Below, piece by piece: positions 27,550 through 35,294 of a DNA stretch of 64,000 nt. The notes under the pieces are model-generated. The model did no database searches. It was not told the DNA's origin and saw only the letters and a program-made list of their open reading frames with translations. The DNA is from a virus (taxonomy: Duplodnaviria > Caudoviricetes), in IMG/VR virus record IMGVR_UViG_3300005512_002353. One strand, given 5' to 3'. Position numbers and translations under genes: made by a program. The number at the start of each line of letters is the position of its first letter. The first letter of the stretch is position 1.

Positions 27550-29274
27550 TTATGTTCCTGGAGGTGTTTCAGCACCCGGAGGTGTTTCCTCACCTGCTGG
27601 TTCAGTGATGTCTGGTGCTTCTAGGTCAGCATCTAGATCGTCAGCAGTCTCAAGATCGCCCTCAATACCGCCCGGTGATATGCCCACTGAACGCATGTCT
27701 GAACCCTGTGGTGTCAATGGTTCTGACTCTGCACGTTCTTCTGACCATAGGTTCTCATTTTCTAGTAACTCTTCTTCACTTAGTCCTAGGAATCTCTGCA
27801 TCAAGAAACGTTTACTCATGTATGGCAGTGCTTCTAACTGTCCAAACACGTTAACACGTTGGCTGTCTAGTTCTGCCTGTCTGTAACTTGCAAAGTTCTG
27901 TGGTGAATTAAACTTGATAGTAAAGATTGAACTATCAATGTTAAAGCCTCTCCAACGCAAGAACATCTTGAATTCATCGTCTAACTTCTGACTGATCTGG
28001 TTCTGCAGACGCATACAGTATTGATTAAATCTATACTCTTGGATAAGTGCTGTGCCCACACGCCCGTCATTTAACGGTGCTGGGCTGTCGTCTGGTCCGG
28101 TTGGCAAGTATGAACTTGGAACACGCAGACCTCTTGATAATTTGTTGTTAAAGTAACGCAGGTCATCAATCTCACCCAGGTTCTGTCCACCTGGTAATAC
28201 GTCAACGCTCGAACCTCTACCATCTGCTGTCGTTGGAAAGAAGTAGTCCTCGTTGATTGATAGTGGATTATATGTGGCATCCATCAAGCTACCGCCACCG
28301 CCGTTTGCTGTAGGTATTCTACGTTGATGCACTTCGTTCTTGATGCGTTCCACAAAGGCCATGGCCATGTGGCTTGGCATGTTACCCACGTCAATCTTGA
28401 ACACCCTACGCTCAGGTGCACGTTGCACCCTGTAGATCAATAGTGCGTCTTCTAACAGTTCTTTCTGTTTGAATACTTTATAAACGTTTTCCAACACTGA
28501 CATACCAAATGGCCACGAGCTATCCAATCCTTCTGATAGACTTAGATGCACCACGTGCTTGGCGTCAATGACCAATTCATTTATCGCTGTCTGGAATCTT
28601 GATCCCGCACCATATGAAGCATTGGGTGCCGTGTAGTTGTTAGGTGCTGTGTATCCGCCCTGTGTAGGAGGATTCATTGCCACATCCTGTGTGGTCTTTG
28701 CGGCTACTGTTAGGTTCTCAAAGTTTGGATTGATGTCACGGACCACATACTGCTCCGGACGCTTACCTTCTGATTCGTTGACAATAACTCTCGAAACTTT
28801 TGACATGTCAACCCAGTATAATTCAAATGTCTCTGGATCACGGATGAACACTTGATCACCATACTTGATGGTGTTGCGGAACATCTTGAATGAACGCTGA
28901 TCAAACTTGTTGAGCTTGACCCACTGCTGTAGTTGTTTCTTGACTATCTCGATCTCACGATCAGTTGGATTATCTGCGAACTCAATGTCAAATGCCGTGC
29001 CGTTCTGATCATTGGTCTGTGTCGAGAACTCTGCAATGATGTCAAGACATGCGTTGATCTCCGAGTCCATGTCCATGGCCTCATATTGGTTGTAACGCTC
29101 TACCCTGTTTGGATGTCCCGAGTATACCTCAGGCAGTCTTGATTGATAGTTACGGAATGCGAAGTCATTTTGGTTTGTTCCTCCACCCGCATAGTTCTGA
29201 TCCATGTTGATGCCACTGATTGGGCTCAATGAACCGTCCGTTCTCGCTGAAAAATTCTTTCTGTATGTTGCCAT
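27550..29274 (-). CDS. Portal vertex protein (gp20-like)
   Basis: LEDALLIYRVQRAPERRVFKIDVGNMP, EDYFFP...GRGS.V..LPGGQNLGEIDDL.YF. Confidence 0.97.
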   Translation of the reverse strand: MATYRKNFSARTDGSLSPISGINMDQNYAGGGTNQNDFAFRNYQSRLPEVYSGHPNRVERYNQYEAMDMDSEINACLDIIAEFSTQTNDQNGTAFDIEFADNPTDREIEIVKKQLQQWVKLNKFDQRSFKMFRNTIKYGDQVFIRDPETFELYWVDMSKVSRVIVNESEGKRPEQYVVRDINPNFENLTVAAKTTQDVAMNPPTQGGYTAPNNYTAPNASYGAGSRFQTAINELVIDAKHVVHLSLSEGLDSSWPFGMSVLENVYKVFKQKELLEDALLIYRVQRAPERRVFKIDVGNMPSHMAMAFVERIKNEVHQRRIPTANGGGGSLMDATYNPLSINEDYFFPTTADGRGSSVDVLPGGQNLGEIDDLRYFNNKLSRGLRVPSSYLPTGPDDSPAPLNDGRVGTALIQEYRFNQYCMRLQNQISQKLDDEFKMFLRWRGFNIDSSIFTIKFNSPQNFASYRQAELDSQRVNVFGQLEALPYMSKRFLMQRFLGLSEEELLENENLWSEERAESEPLTPQGSDMRSVGISPGGIEGDLETADDLDADLEAPDITEPAGEETPPGAETPPGT

Positions 29275-29358
29275 CCGTTTTTCCTAGTGTCTAGGTGTAT
29301 TTATCGACTCTATTAGATTAACGGATAAAAAGGAATGTGTCAAATTAGATTTAACCAA

Positions 29359-31296
29359 TTACGAATAGGTTGCACGGACTTGTTGTTGTCCGATCCTGTT
29401 GCCTTTGGTTAAGATCTCAATCATCTGATCCAATCTATTGACCTGTGTTTTAAGTAGATCTGTTTGCGAATTATCACTTCTAGTAGTTGTTGACATTGGT
29501 TCTGGTGCAGTCATTGTTTCAGTCACTGATGCTACACTTGCTGACATAGGTGTGTATGAGGATTTTGGTCCTGTCATGTTTTGTAGTATGCGTTCAGACG
29601 TTGATGTTGAGATCACTGATGCTGGTCCTGCTATGATCTCTGGTCCACGCTCACCTACCAAACTGATCTCTTTGGCTCCCACAGTTCCACCCAGATAATT
29701 GCTCTTTAGTTTCTCATTGATGATAGCATTTGCAATAGCATCTTGGGCAGGATTGCCAGTGTTAGCAAAAGCTCTATTTTCTTTATTTACGGCTTTAGTT
29801 GCAAGGTTGTCAACTACCAATTCTGTTGCTTTCACTTTAGCAAATTCAGCATACTCGCCCATTAATTTTTGCGTTGCACCTTCAGTTCTACCTGAAACAT
29901 CGCCTGCGGCCGCCTCAAATATCTTAGCAATTTGCTCAACGACTGCGGCCGTTGGTCCCATTCCCTCCAATACCAAGGAATCCAATGCCCTAGCATAATT
30001 TTCCAGGGCTATTTGTGCTTTGATCGCAGACTGGGTCATTTTATCGGTGGCTATGATCTGTTTGCCTTGTTCGTCAACGATCTTCTGGCCTATTTCCGTT
30101 GTCTGTTTGATGTTATTAAAGAAGTCCAATATTCCAGCGAACCCATCCGTCATTTCGCTACCGCCATCCTGGATCATACCTGCTATTGGCATTATCTCTT
30201 TAACAAATGGCTCAATGGCTGTTCTCAATTGATCAGCGGCTCTCGCTGATGTCACGGCGGCTGAATCTTGTGACTGTAGAACCTGGTCAAGTATCATCTG
30301 AATCTGATCACCGGCCGCAACCATTAATTGTCTACCTGCAGGTGTTATTGCCGCTCCACCGGTGGCGAAGATATCTTTGATGCCCTCAGCAAATCTTGGA
30401 CTTTGGGCTCCTACCGTCTGAACAAACTCCATTACACGTCTGGCGGCTTCCTCACCATACATCTGTGATATTTCTTCATATTTGGCACGGAATCTAGTCT
30501 CTGACAGTATTGCCTGTTGCTCATCTGCCAATGCCTTGCGATTGGTGCCCGTCAGTTTGCTTAATTGATCTAATTCACTGACATACTGTGCCGCGGCCCT
30601 GGACAGTTGATTTTGATCCATCCTTTGGGCTATGCCTAGTCTCGCCTGTCTGCCCACGAAGTCACCCGCAAACTCGCCAATCTCATCCACGGTCAATCCT
30701 AGAGATCTTAGCGTGTTAGAGAATTCTCCCTGATTCAACGGTGCGAGTATTCCAGTCATTGCCTGGGCACCATCAAATACAGATCCTTCTAATTTTGCCA
30801 ATGCTGACGCATTGTTCGTGATCAGCCTACCAAATCCTGTCAGGCTCATGTTTGCAACATTTGCCTGAGTTGCCAGAGTAGTAAGACCACCTGCGGCTAC
30901 ACCACCTGATCTGCTAACGTCTTGGAATGTGCCAACTGCCTGTCCCAATCGAACAACTAGGAACTTGGCTATGTCAGTTGCGGCGTCGCCTAACTTTGCT
31001 AGTCCGTCACCTGCATACGGTATGGCCGCTTGCACCAGTCCGCTGAGTGCTGATCCTAATCCTTCAACTACAGGTATCAGTGCCTCAAAACTTGCCTCAC
31101 CTGATGATAATGCCTGTGTGAAACCTTTGGCACCTTTGAGCACGTCCTTGCTACCTTGTGTAGTAGCCTGTTTGAATCGTTGCATGGCATTGCCGGCCTG
31201 TGCCAGTTGCTTTGCTGTCTCATCAGAAACCTTGCCTAGGGTTTGGACCTCCCTAGTGGCCGTCTGCAATATCCGTTCTAATTCTTGTTCATCCAT
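29359..31296 (-). CDS. Tape-measure-like protein (gp29-like)
   Basis: Ala/Gly/Gln-rich helical sequence; C-terminal GG.V.....LVGERGPEII motif common in tape measures. Confidence 0.7.
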   Translation of the reverse strand: MDEQELERILQTATREVQTLGKVSDETAKQLAQAGNAMQRFKQATTQGSKDVLKGAKGFTQALSSGEASFEALIPVVEGLGSALSGLVQAAIPYAGDGLAKLGDAATDIAKFLVVRLGQAVGTFQDVSRSGGVAAGGLTTLATQANVANMSLTGFGRLITNNASALAKLEGSVFDGAQAMTGILAPLNQGEFSNTLRSLGLTVDEIGEFAGDFVGRQARLGIAQRMDQNQLSRAAAQYVSELDQLSKLTGTNRKALADEQQAILSETRFRAKYEEISQMYGEEAARRVMEFVQTVGAQSPRFAEGIKDIFATGGAAITPAGRQLMVAAGDQIQMILDQVLQSQDSAAVTSARAADQLRTAIEPFVKEIMPIAGMIQDGGSEMTDGFAGILDFFNNIKQTTEIGQKIVDEQGKQIIATDKMTQSAIKAQIALENYARALDSLVLEGMGPTAAVVEQIAKIFEAAAGDVSGRTEGATQKLMGEYAEFAKVKATELVVDNLATKAVNKENRAFANTGNPAQDAIANAIINEKLKSNYLGGTVGAKEISLVGERGPEIIAGPASVISTSTSERILQNMTGPKSSYTPMSASVASVTETMTAPEPMSTTTRSDNSQTDLLKTQVNRLDQMIEILTKGNRIGQQQVRATYS

Positions 31297-31322
31297 TAAT
31301 TAACTACCCAGTAATATACGCA

Positions 31323-31352
31323 TATAAATATTCGTGTTATATAACTATTTAT
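31323..31352. promoter_or_regulatory. Pair of opposing late promoters
   Basis: TATAAATA (+, 31323-31330) and ATAAATA (-, 31346-31352) between the divergent tape-measure and gp26-like genes. Confidence 0.7.
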
Positions 31353-31363
31353 GGTATTTAAAT

Positions 31364-32197
31364 ATGGGCGAAAATAACCCCTTACAGAAGTATTTTAGAC
31401 AGCCTGCTATCTATGTTAGACTGCCTAGCGAAGGTAAGTTTTATCCACCAGGCGCACTAGACATGCCTGCTAATGGAGAACTTCCTGTATACCCAATGTC
31501 AGCATTGGATGAAATTATCACAAGAACACCAGACGCACTATTCAACGGTTCAGCCGTGATACAACTATTTCAAAGTTGTATTCCTAACATTAAAGATGCC
31601 TGGGCTGTTCCACAGATTGACGTAGACATGTTGTTGACTGCTATTCGTATTGCTAGTTATGGACACGAAATGGAAATGTCCACTACTTGTCCAAAATGCA
31701 ACGAAGCACAGGACTATGCACTAGACCTTCGTGAAGTTATTGACAAATACCATTCACCAGATTACAAAACATCAATTAAAGTCAGCGACATGGAAATATA
31801 TTTCCGCCCATTGACTTACTATCAGGTCAACGAAACGTCCAAGGCACAGTTCCAACAGCAGAAGATGATACAAGCATCTACTACCAATGAGGAAATGTCT
31901 GATGAGGATCGCATAGCGGCTATGAGTCAAGCACTGACAGAGATAACCAAAATGACTATGGAAAATCTCAGTGACAGTATTGCTGTTATTAAAACTGCTG
32001 ATGCAATGGTGGATAATCCAGAACATATCAAAGAGTTTATTGCAAACGCTGACAGCCAAATATTTGCTCGTATTAGAGAACACTTATCTACAATAAGAGA
32101 AGGCACAGAAATGAAGCCTCTTAAAATTAAGTGTAAGGAATGTGAACACGAATACGAACAACCATTTACATTGGATATGTCAAATTTTTTCGTATAA
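31364..32197 (+). CDS. Baseplate hub / tail assembly chaperone (gp26-like)
   Basis: LPSEG.FY, PM...DE, D..LL.AIRIASYG, CPKC and CKEC Zn pairs, ends SNFFV; ATG 31364 preferred over GTG 31334. Confidence 0.85.
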   Translation: MGENNPLQKYFRQPAIYVRLPSEGKFYPPGALDMPANGELPVYPMSALDEIITRTPDALFNGSAVIQLFQSCIPNIKDAWAVPQIDVDMLLTAIRIASYGHEMEMSTTCPKCNEAQDYALDLREVIDKYHSPDYKTSIKVSDMEIYFRPLTYYQVNETSKAQFQQQKMIQASTTNEEMSDEDRIAAMSQALTEITKMTMENLSDSIAVIKTADAMVDNPEHIKEFIANADSQIFARIREHLSTIREGTEMKPLKIKCKECEHEYEQPFTLDMSNFFV

Positions 32198-32244
32198 GGC
32201 TCCTGACCGCTAGTCCTGACGAAATTGAGAAGATTGTCGACTCA

Positions 32245-32421
32245 ATGGAAAAAGCAGTTAAGGATATCAAGCAAGAAAGTCTGAAACTTGCATGGTATAT
32301 GAGAGGGGGCCTAAGTTATTCGGAATCAATGAACTTGAGTATGGAAGAAAGAAACATCATAAACGACATAATCAAAGAAAATCTAGAAACCACCAAAAAG
32401 AGCCGTTTGCCCTTCTTTTAG
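32245..32421 (+). CDS. gp51-like small ORF missed by the ORF track; probably the C-terminal part of a frameshift product
   Basis: MEKAVKDIKQESLKLAWYMRGGLSYSESMNLSMEERNIINDIIKENLETTKKSRLPFF; its frame is open back through the end of the gp26-like gene. Confidence 0.75.
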   Translation: MEKAVKDIKQESLKLAWYMRGGLSYSESMNLSMEERNIINDIIKENLETTKKSRLPFF

Positions 32422-32422
32422 A

Positions 32423-32451
32423 TTGACCAAATCGCCATTTAATGCTATAAT
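32423..32451 (+). promoter_or_regulatory. sigma70 promoter with extended -10
   Basis: TTGACC-17 nt-TATAAT with TGn before the -10 box. Confidence 0.75.
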
Positions 32452-32601
32452 AATGTATTAGAGCCTATAATTATGCACGGAACACAAATATAAAAACTGT
32501 GTTGTTTATACCCGTGTGAGACTCTAAATACTATTTCACGCACCAAAGTTTCGTGGTGAAGATGAGAAATCAGGGCGTGGCTTTTTAGGAGGTAATACTA
32601 C

Positions 32602-32835
32602 ATGAAAGTATTAGAAAACGTAAAGAAGTGGGCTAACGAAATCGCTCATTTAGCAGTGACTTTGATGGCAATGTTTATCGCTTTAGAAATTTTATTTGGC
32701 GGTAACACAGTTCCATTTCTTCCAGGCACAGACGTTATTGGTTCTGTAACTGGCATCGTTAAATCACTAGGCAATGAAGGCTTAGCTGGTTTGATCGCAG
32801 TATGGGTTTTATATACAATCTGGGACAAGAAGTAA
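32602..32835 (+). CDS. Small membrane protein (two hydrophobic segments)
   Basis: AGGAGG SD; hydrophobic IAHLAVTLMAMFIALEILFG and GLAGLIAVWVLYTIW. Confidence 0.75.
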   Translation: MKVLENVKKWANEIAHLAVTLMAMFIALEILFGGNTVPFLPGTDVIGSVTGIVKSLGNEGLAGLIAVWVLYTIWDKK

Positions 32836-32858
32836 TTCTAGTCTAGGCAAAACCTACT

Positions 32859-32895
32859 AAAAGGCTCACGTTGAGATACTTGGGCCTTTTCTTTT
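32859..32895 (+). terminator. Rho-independent terminator
   Basis: AAAAGGCTCA...TGGGCCTTTT-CTTTT. Confidence 0.7.
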
Positions 32896-32911
32896 GGCCA
32901 TAAGTAATGTT

Positions 32912-33592
32912 ATGTTACTCAGTATACCAAAACAGTTCATCTATCTAAAGACAATGAAGACGGCAGGCACTTCAACAGAGGCCCTGTTAGAACAATATTG
33001 CCTACCACCAGGAACGGAATGTGGCACACATGATCGTGTGCAGACCGTGTCAGATTATGGTATCGCAGGTAGCAGATACAAAGGTTATAAAAAAACAGAT
33101 GTGTTCTATAATCACATGCCTGCAAAGGAACTCAAACAAAAATTAAAACCCGAAGTATGGGACCAATATTTCAAATTTACTTCTGTGCGTAATCCTTGGG
33201 ATCGCATGGTCAGTTTATTTTGGAATTACTATCATCCCAGGGCAGAAGAACTATTGAGCAAACCATTTAGTTATATTCAACATTGGTTCTACAAGTTTGC
33301 CCGAGGTAAGCACAGCATAACAAATTACATGATCGACGACCATAGCATTTATTCAATTGATGAGAAGTTGATTGTTGATGATGTTGTTCGCTATGAATCC
33401 TTACATGATGATCTAGCAAGGATCTGCAAACATTTGGATATTGATTATCGCAAAGAGGAATTACCTCGTTGGAAAACTGATTGGCGCAAACTACCTACCA
33501 ATTATCAGGATTACTACATAGATCAAAAGGTAATTGACAATGTTGCTCTAGGGCATAAGTTTGAGATTGATCATTATGGATACACATTTTAA
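32912..33592 (+). CDS. Sulfotransferase (Sulfotransfer_2 type)
   Basis: KTAGTS (5'-PAPS loop), VRNPWDRMVS (3'-phosphate motif), RYE; ATG 32912 preferred. Confidence 0.85.
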   Translation: MLLSIPKQFIYLKTMKTAGTSTEALLEQYCLPPGTECGTHDRVQTVSDYGIAGSRYKGYKKTDVFYNHMPAKELKQKLKPEVWDQYFKFTSVRNPWDRMVSLFWNYYHPRAEELLSKPFSYIQHWFYKFARGKHSITNYMIDDHSIYSIDEKLIVDDVVRYESLHDDLARICKHLDIDYRKEELPRWKTDWRKLPTNYQDYYIDQKVIDNVALGHKFEIDHYGYTF

Positions 33593-34010
33593 GATGTCTT
33601 ACGACATCTGTATTTCGCTATCGCTCATACCTTTTATTCTTAATACAGTTAATTGATTTCTCTTACATACCCTTCGCGTATCATCTAGATTTAAGTCATA
33701 ATTCACCTATCCGCAGGCAAATCATGACTTGCACATCATCTGAGTGTCGCGTCATACTAATCAAAAGAGATTCCCTAAGGACGGAAGTGGTCAGCCGGTG
33801 CTCCCTACTCTAGATTCATCTGGCGGTTGCTGTATAGTCCGTGATTAGCCAAACTACATCAACACGTGGGTTGCTTTTTCTCAGAGCCCACATCATTTAG
33901 TTTTTAAACTTAATTGCCTTTTCGTCGTCCCGTTCCTGAGTCTTCTCTCAGGAGTTCCACACGCCGTCAGCGTGATCACCTCGTAGGACACAGAGTTACA
34001 TCTGCATCAG
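33592..34010 (-). ncRNA. Candidate large structured non-coding RNA (family not recognised)
   Basis: No credible ORF; at least 6 hairpins, G-U pairs favouring the minus strand, terminal 7-bp stem with GTAA (GNRA) loop. Confidence 0.6.
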
Positions 34011-34792
34011 CGACTGTATGTTTTTTTAAATGCCTTATAAATCTTGTTTGCGAATGTTTTATTGCTATCTATACCTGGGTGTATGTTGTCTGTGCCTAAG
34101 TCTATTCGTTGAGAGTAAAAACTGTCGTATAAGTTAAGCCAATGTTCTTGTCTTATCCCTCCGCATGTTTCATAATGATCGTGCATCATGTTATATAATT
34201 CATATATTTCGTCATCGTCTCTGTTTTCCACATTTAACAATGATTGTGTATATGGTGTTAAATCATTTGGTTTAAATTCTGTTAATCTTTTAAAATAATC
34301 TTGATCCATAGGTAATGCAGAATTAATAAATTTTATGTTAGTGCCATAATGTAGTAGTGTGTTCACATAGGTGCAGATATCCTTAAGGAAATAATGCGGA
34401 TGATTTGATAACAATATCCCCTCCGCTATTGATTTTAATTTTTTCTTTGACCAATGAAAGTCATTTAATTCTATATCTTTCCAATGTTCATTTGTTCCGT
34501 AGTCCGGAGTTACACGCCATGTTACGTCATATGTTTCTAAACCTAACCAACTCCAATATCTGTGTAATCCAGTAAAACCTACAAATACGTAATCGTATGT
34601 GTCTTTATTCAACTCTGATAATGTATCAGTAAAGATCCTTTCGTTACTTTTTCCACCTTGACTGATGTTTTTAATTGTTACATTGTCTCCAAATACATTA
34701 TGCGAAAAAATGTTACACCAGTTATCAGATGATTCAATCCCTCCTACTCCTGAACCATACATTAAAGAGCAACCACTAAATAAAATTTTCAT
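34007..34792 (-). CDS. SGNH/GDSL hydrolase-like protein
   Basis: ILFSGCS...G (block I), N.S.GG.SN (block II), D..HP (block V); visibly AT-richer than its neighbours. Confidence 0.7.
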   Translation of the reverse strand: MKILFSGCSLMYGSGVGGIESSDNWCNIFSHNVFGDNVTIKNISQGGKSNERIFTDTLSELNKDTYDYVFVGFTGLHRYWSWLGLETYDVTWRVTPDYGTNEHWKDIELNDFHWSKKKLKSIAEGILLSNHPHYFLKDICTYVNTLLHYGTNIKFINSALPMDQDYFKRLTEFKPNDLTPYTQSLLNVENRDDDEIYELYNMMHDHYETCGGIRQEHWLNLYDSFYSQRIDLGTDNIHPGIDSNKTFANKIYKAFKKTYSR

Positions 34793-35229
34793 TTTAAATC
34801 TTCTAGTAATACGTCTTTAACAGAGCCTATGCCCAGTCTGATGTTGATTATGCCGTTGTAGTTGTTGTCACGCAACAGCACGTGTTCCTTCATCTGGTAG
34901 TAGCATTCCATGTAGTTCGTTGCGCCTCTGGATTTACACAAATGGATTATTTGCCTTGAGAATTTGTCTTTGCCTAGTTTTTCTATATCTGCCTGTAGTC
35001 GGTCACTGGAGCCCCAGTATTCCTTCCAATCAGATTCTGCCAATGATCTTCTTTTATTTTTCTTGCCTTTGAGTGGTGGACGTGTGACCTTGCGCCAAAA
35101 GAACTTCTTGCCGATGTAGTCATGTCCGTTTGTAGTGTTTGTGATTCTATAGACGAAACCGTAATTGTCACCAATGTCTTCTGAGTCGAAGACTTTTTCT
35201 TGAAGCATCCAAGGGTTTTCGTATGACAA
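34789..35229 (-). CDS. GIY-YIG endonuclease (Seg / endonuclease II-like), catalytic domain only
   Basis: GFVYRITN...YIGKK...YWGSS...F.R.II...E...YNG. Confidence 0.9.
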   Translation of the reverse strand: MSYENPWMLQEKVFDSEDIGDNYGFVYRITNTTNGHDYIGKKFFWRKVTRPPLKGKKNKRRSLAESDWKEYWGSSDRLQADIEKLGKDKFSRQIIHLCKSRGATNYMECYYQMKEHVLLRDNNYNGIINIRLGIGSVKDVLLEDLK

Positions 35230-35294
35230 TGCGGTTCCTTTCTAATGAATTTGTAGCAATTAAATTTATGCCAATTGCCGAGGCATGGGAAAAT

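Noticed and set aside
29315-29343. TTGACA on the minus strand upstream of the portal gene
   Set aside because: The -10 at 17-nt spacing is poor (TAATCT), and a late box at 29298-29304 explains expression.
33592-34010. tRNA cluster, CRISPR/TIGR array or self-splicing intron as explanation of the gap
   Set aside because: No cloverleaf/TTCGA-CCA pattern, no fixed-period repeats, no Cas or Nop-domain gene seen, and no interrupted host gene (the flanking genes converge).
33914-34099. 61-aa + strand ORF in the non-coding element
   Set aside because: TTG start, no SD, overlaps the SGNH gene antisense, no protein-like features.
35255-35294. Short inverted repeats between gp46 and GIY-YIG
   Set aside because: Only 5-6 bp stems without a clear U-tract; too weak to call.
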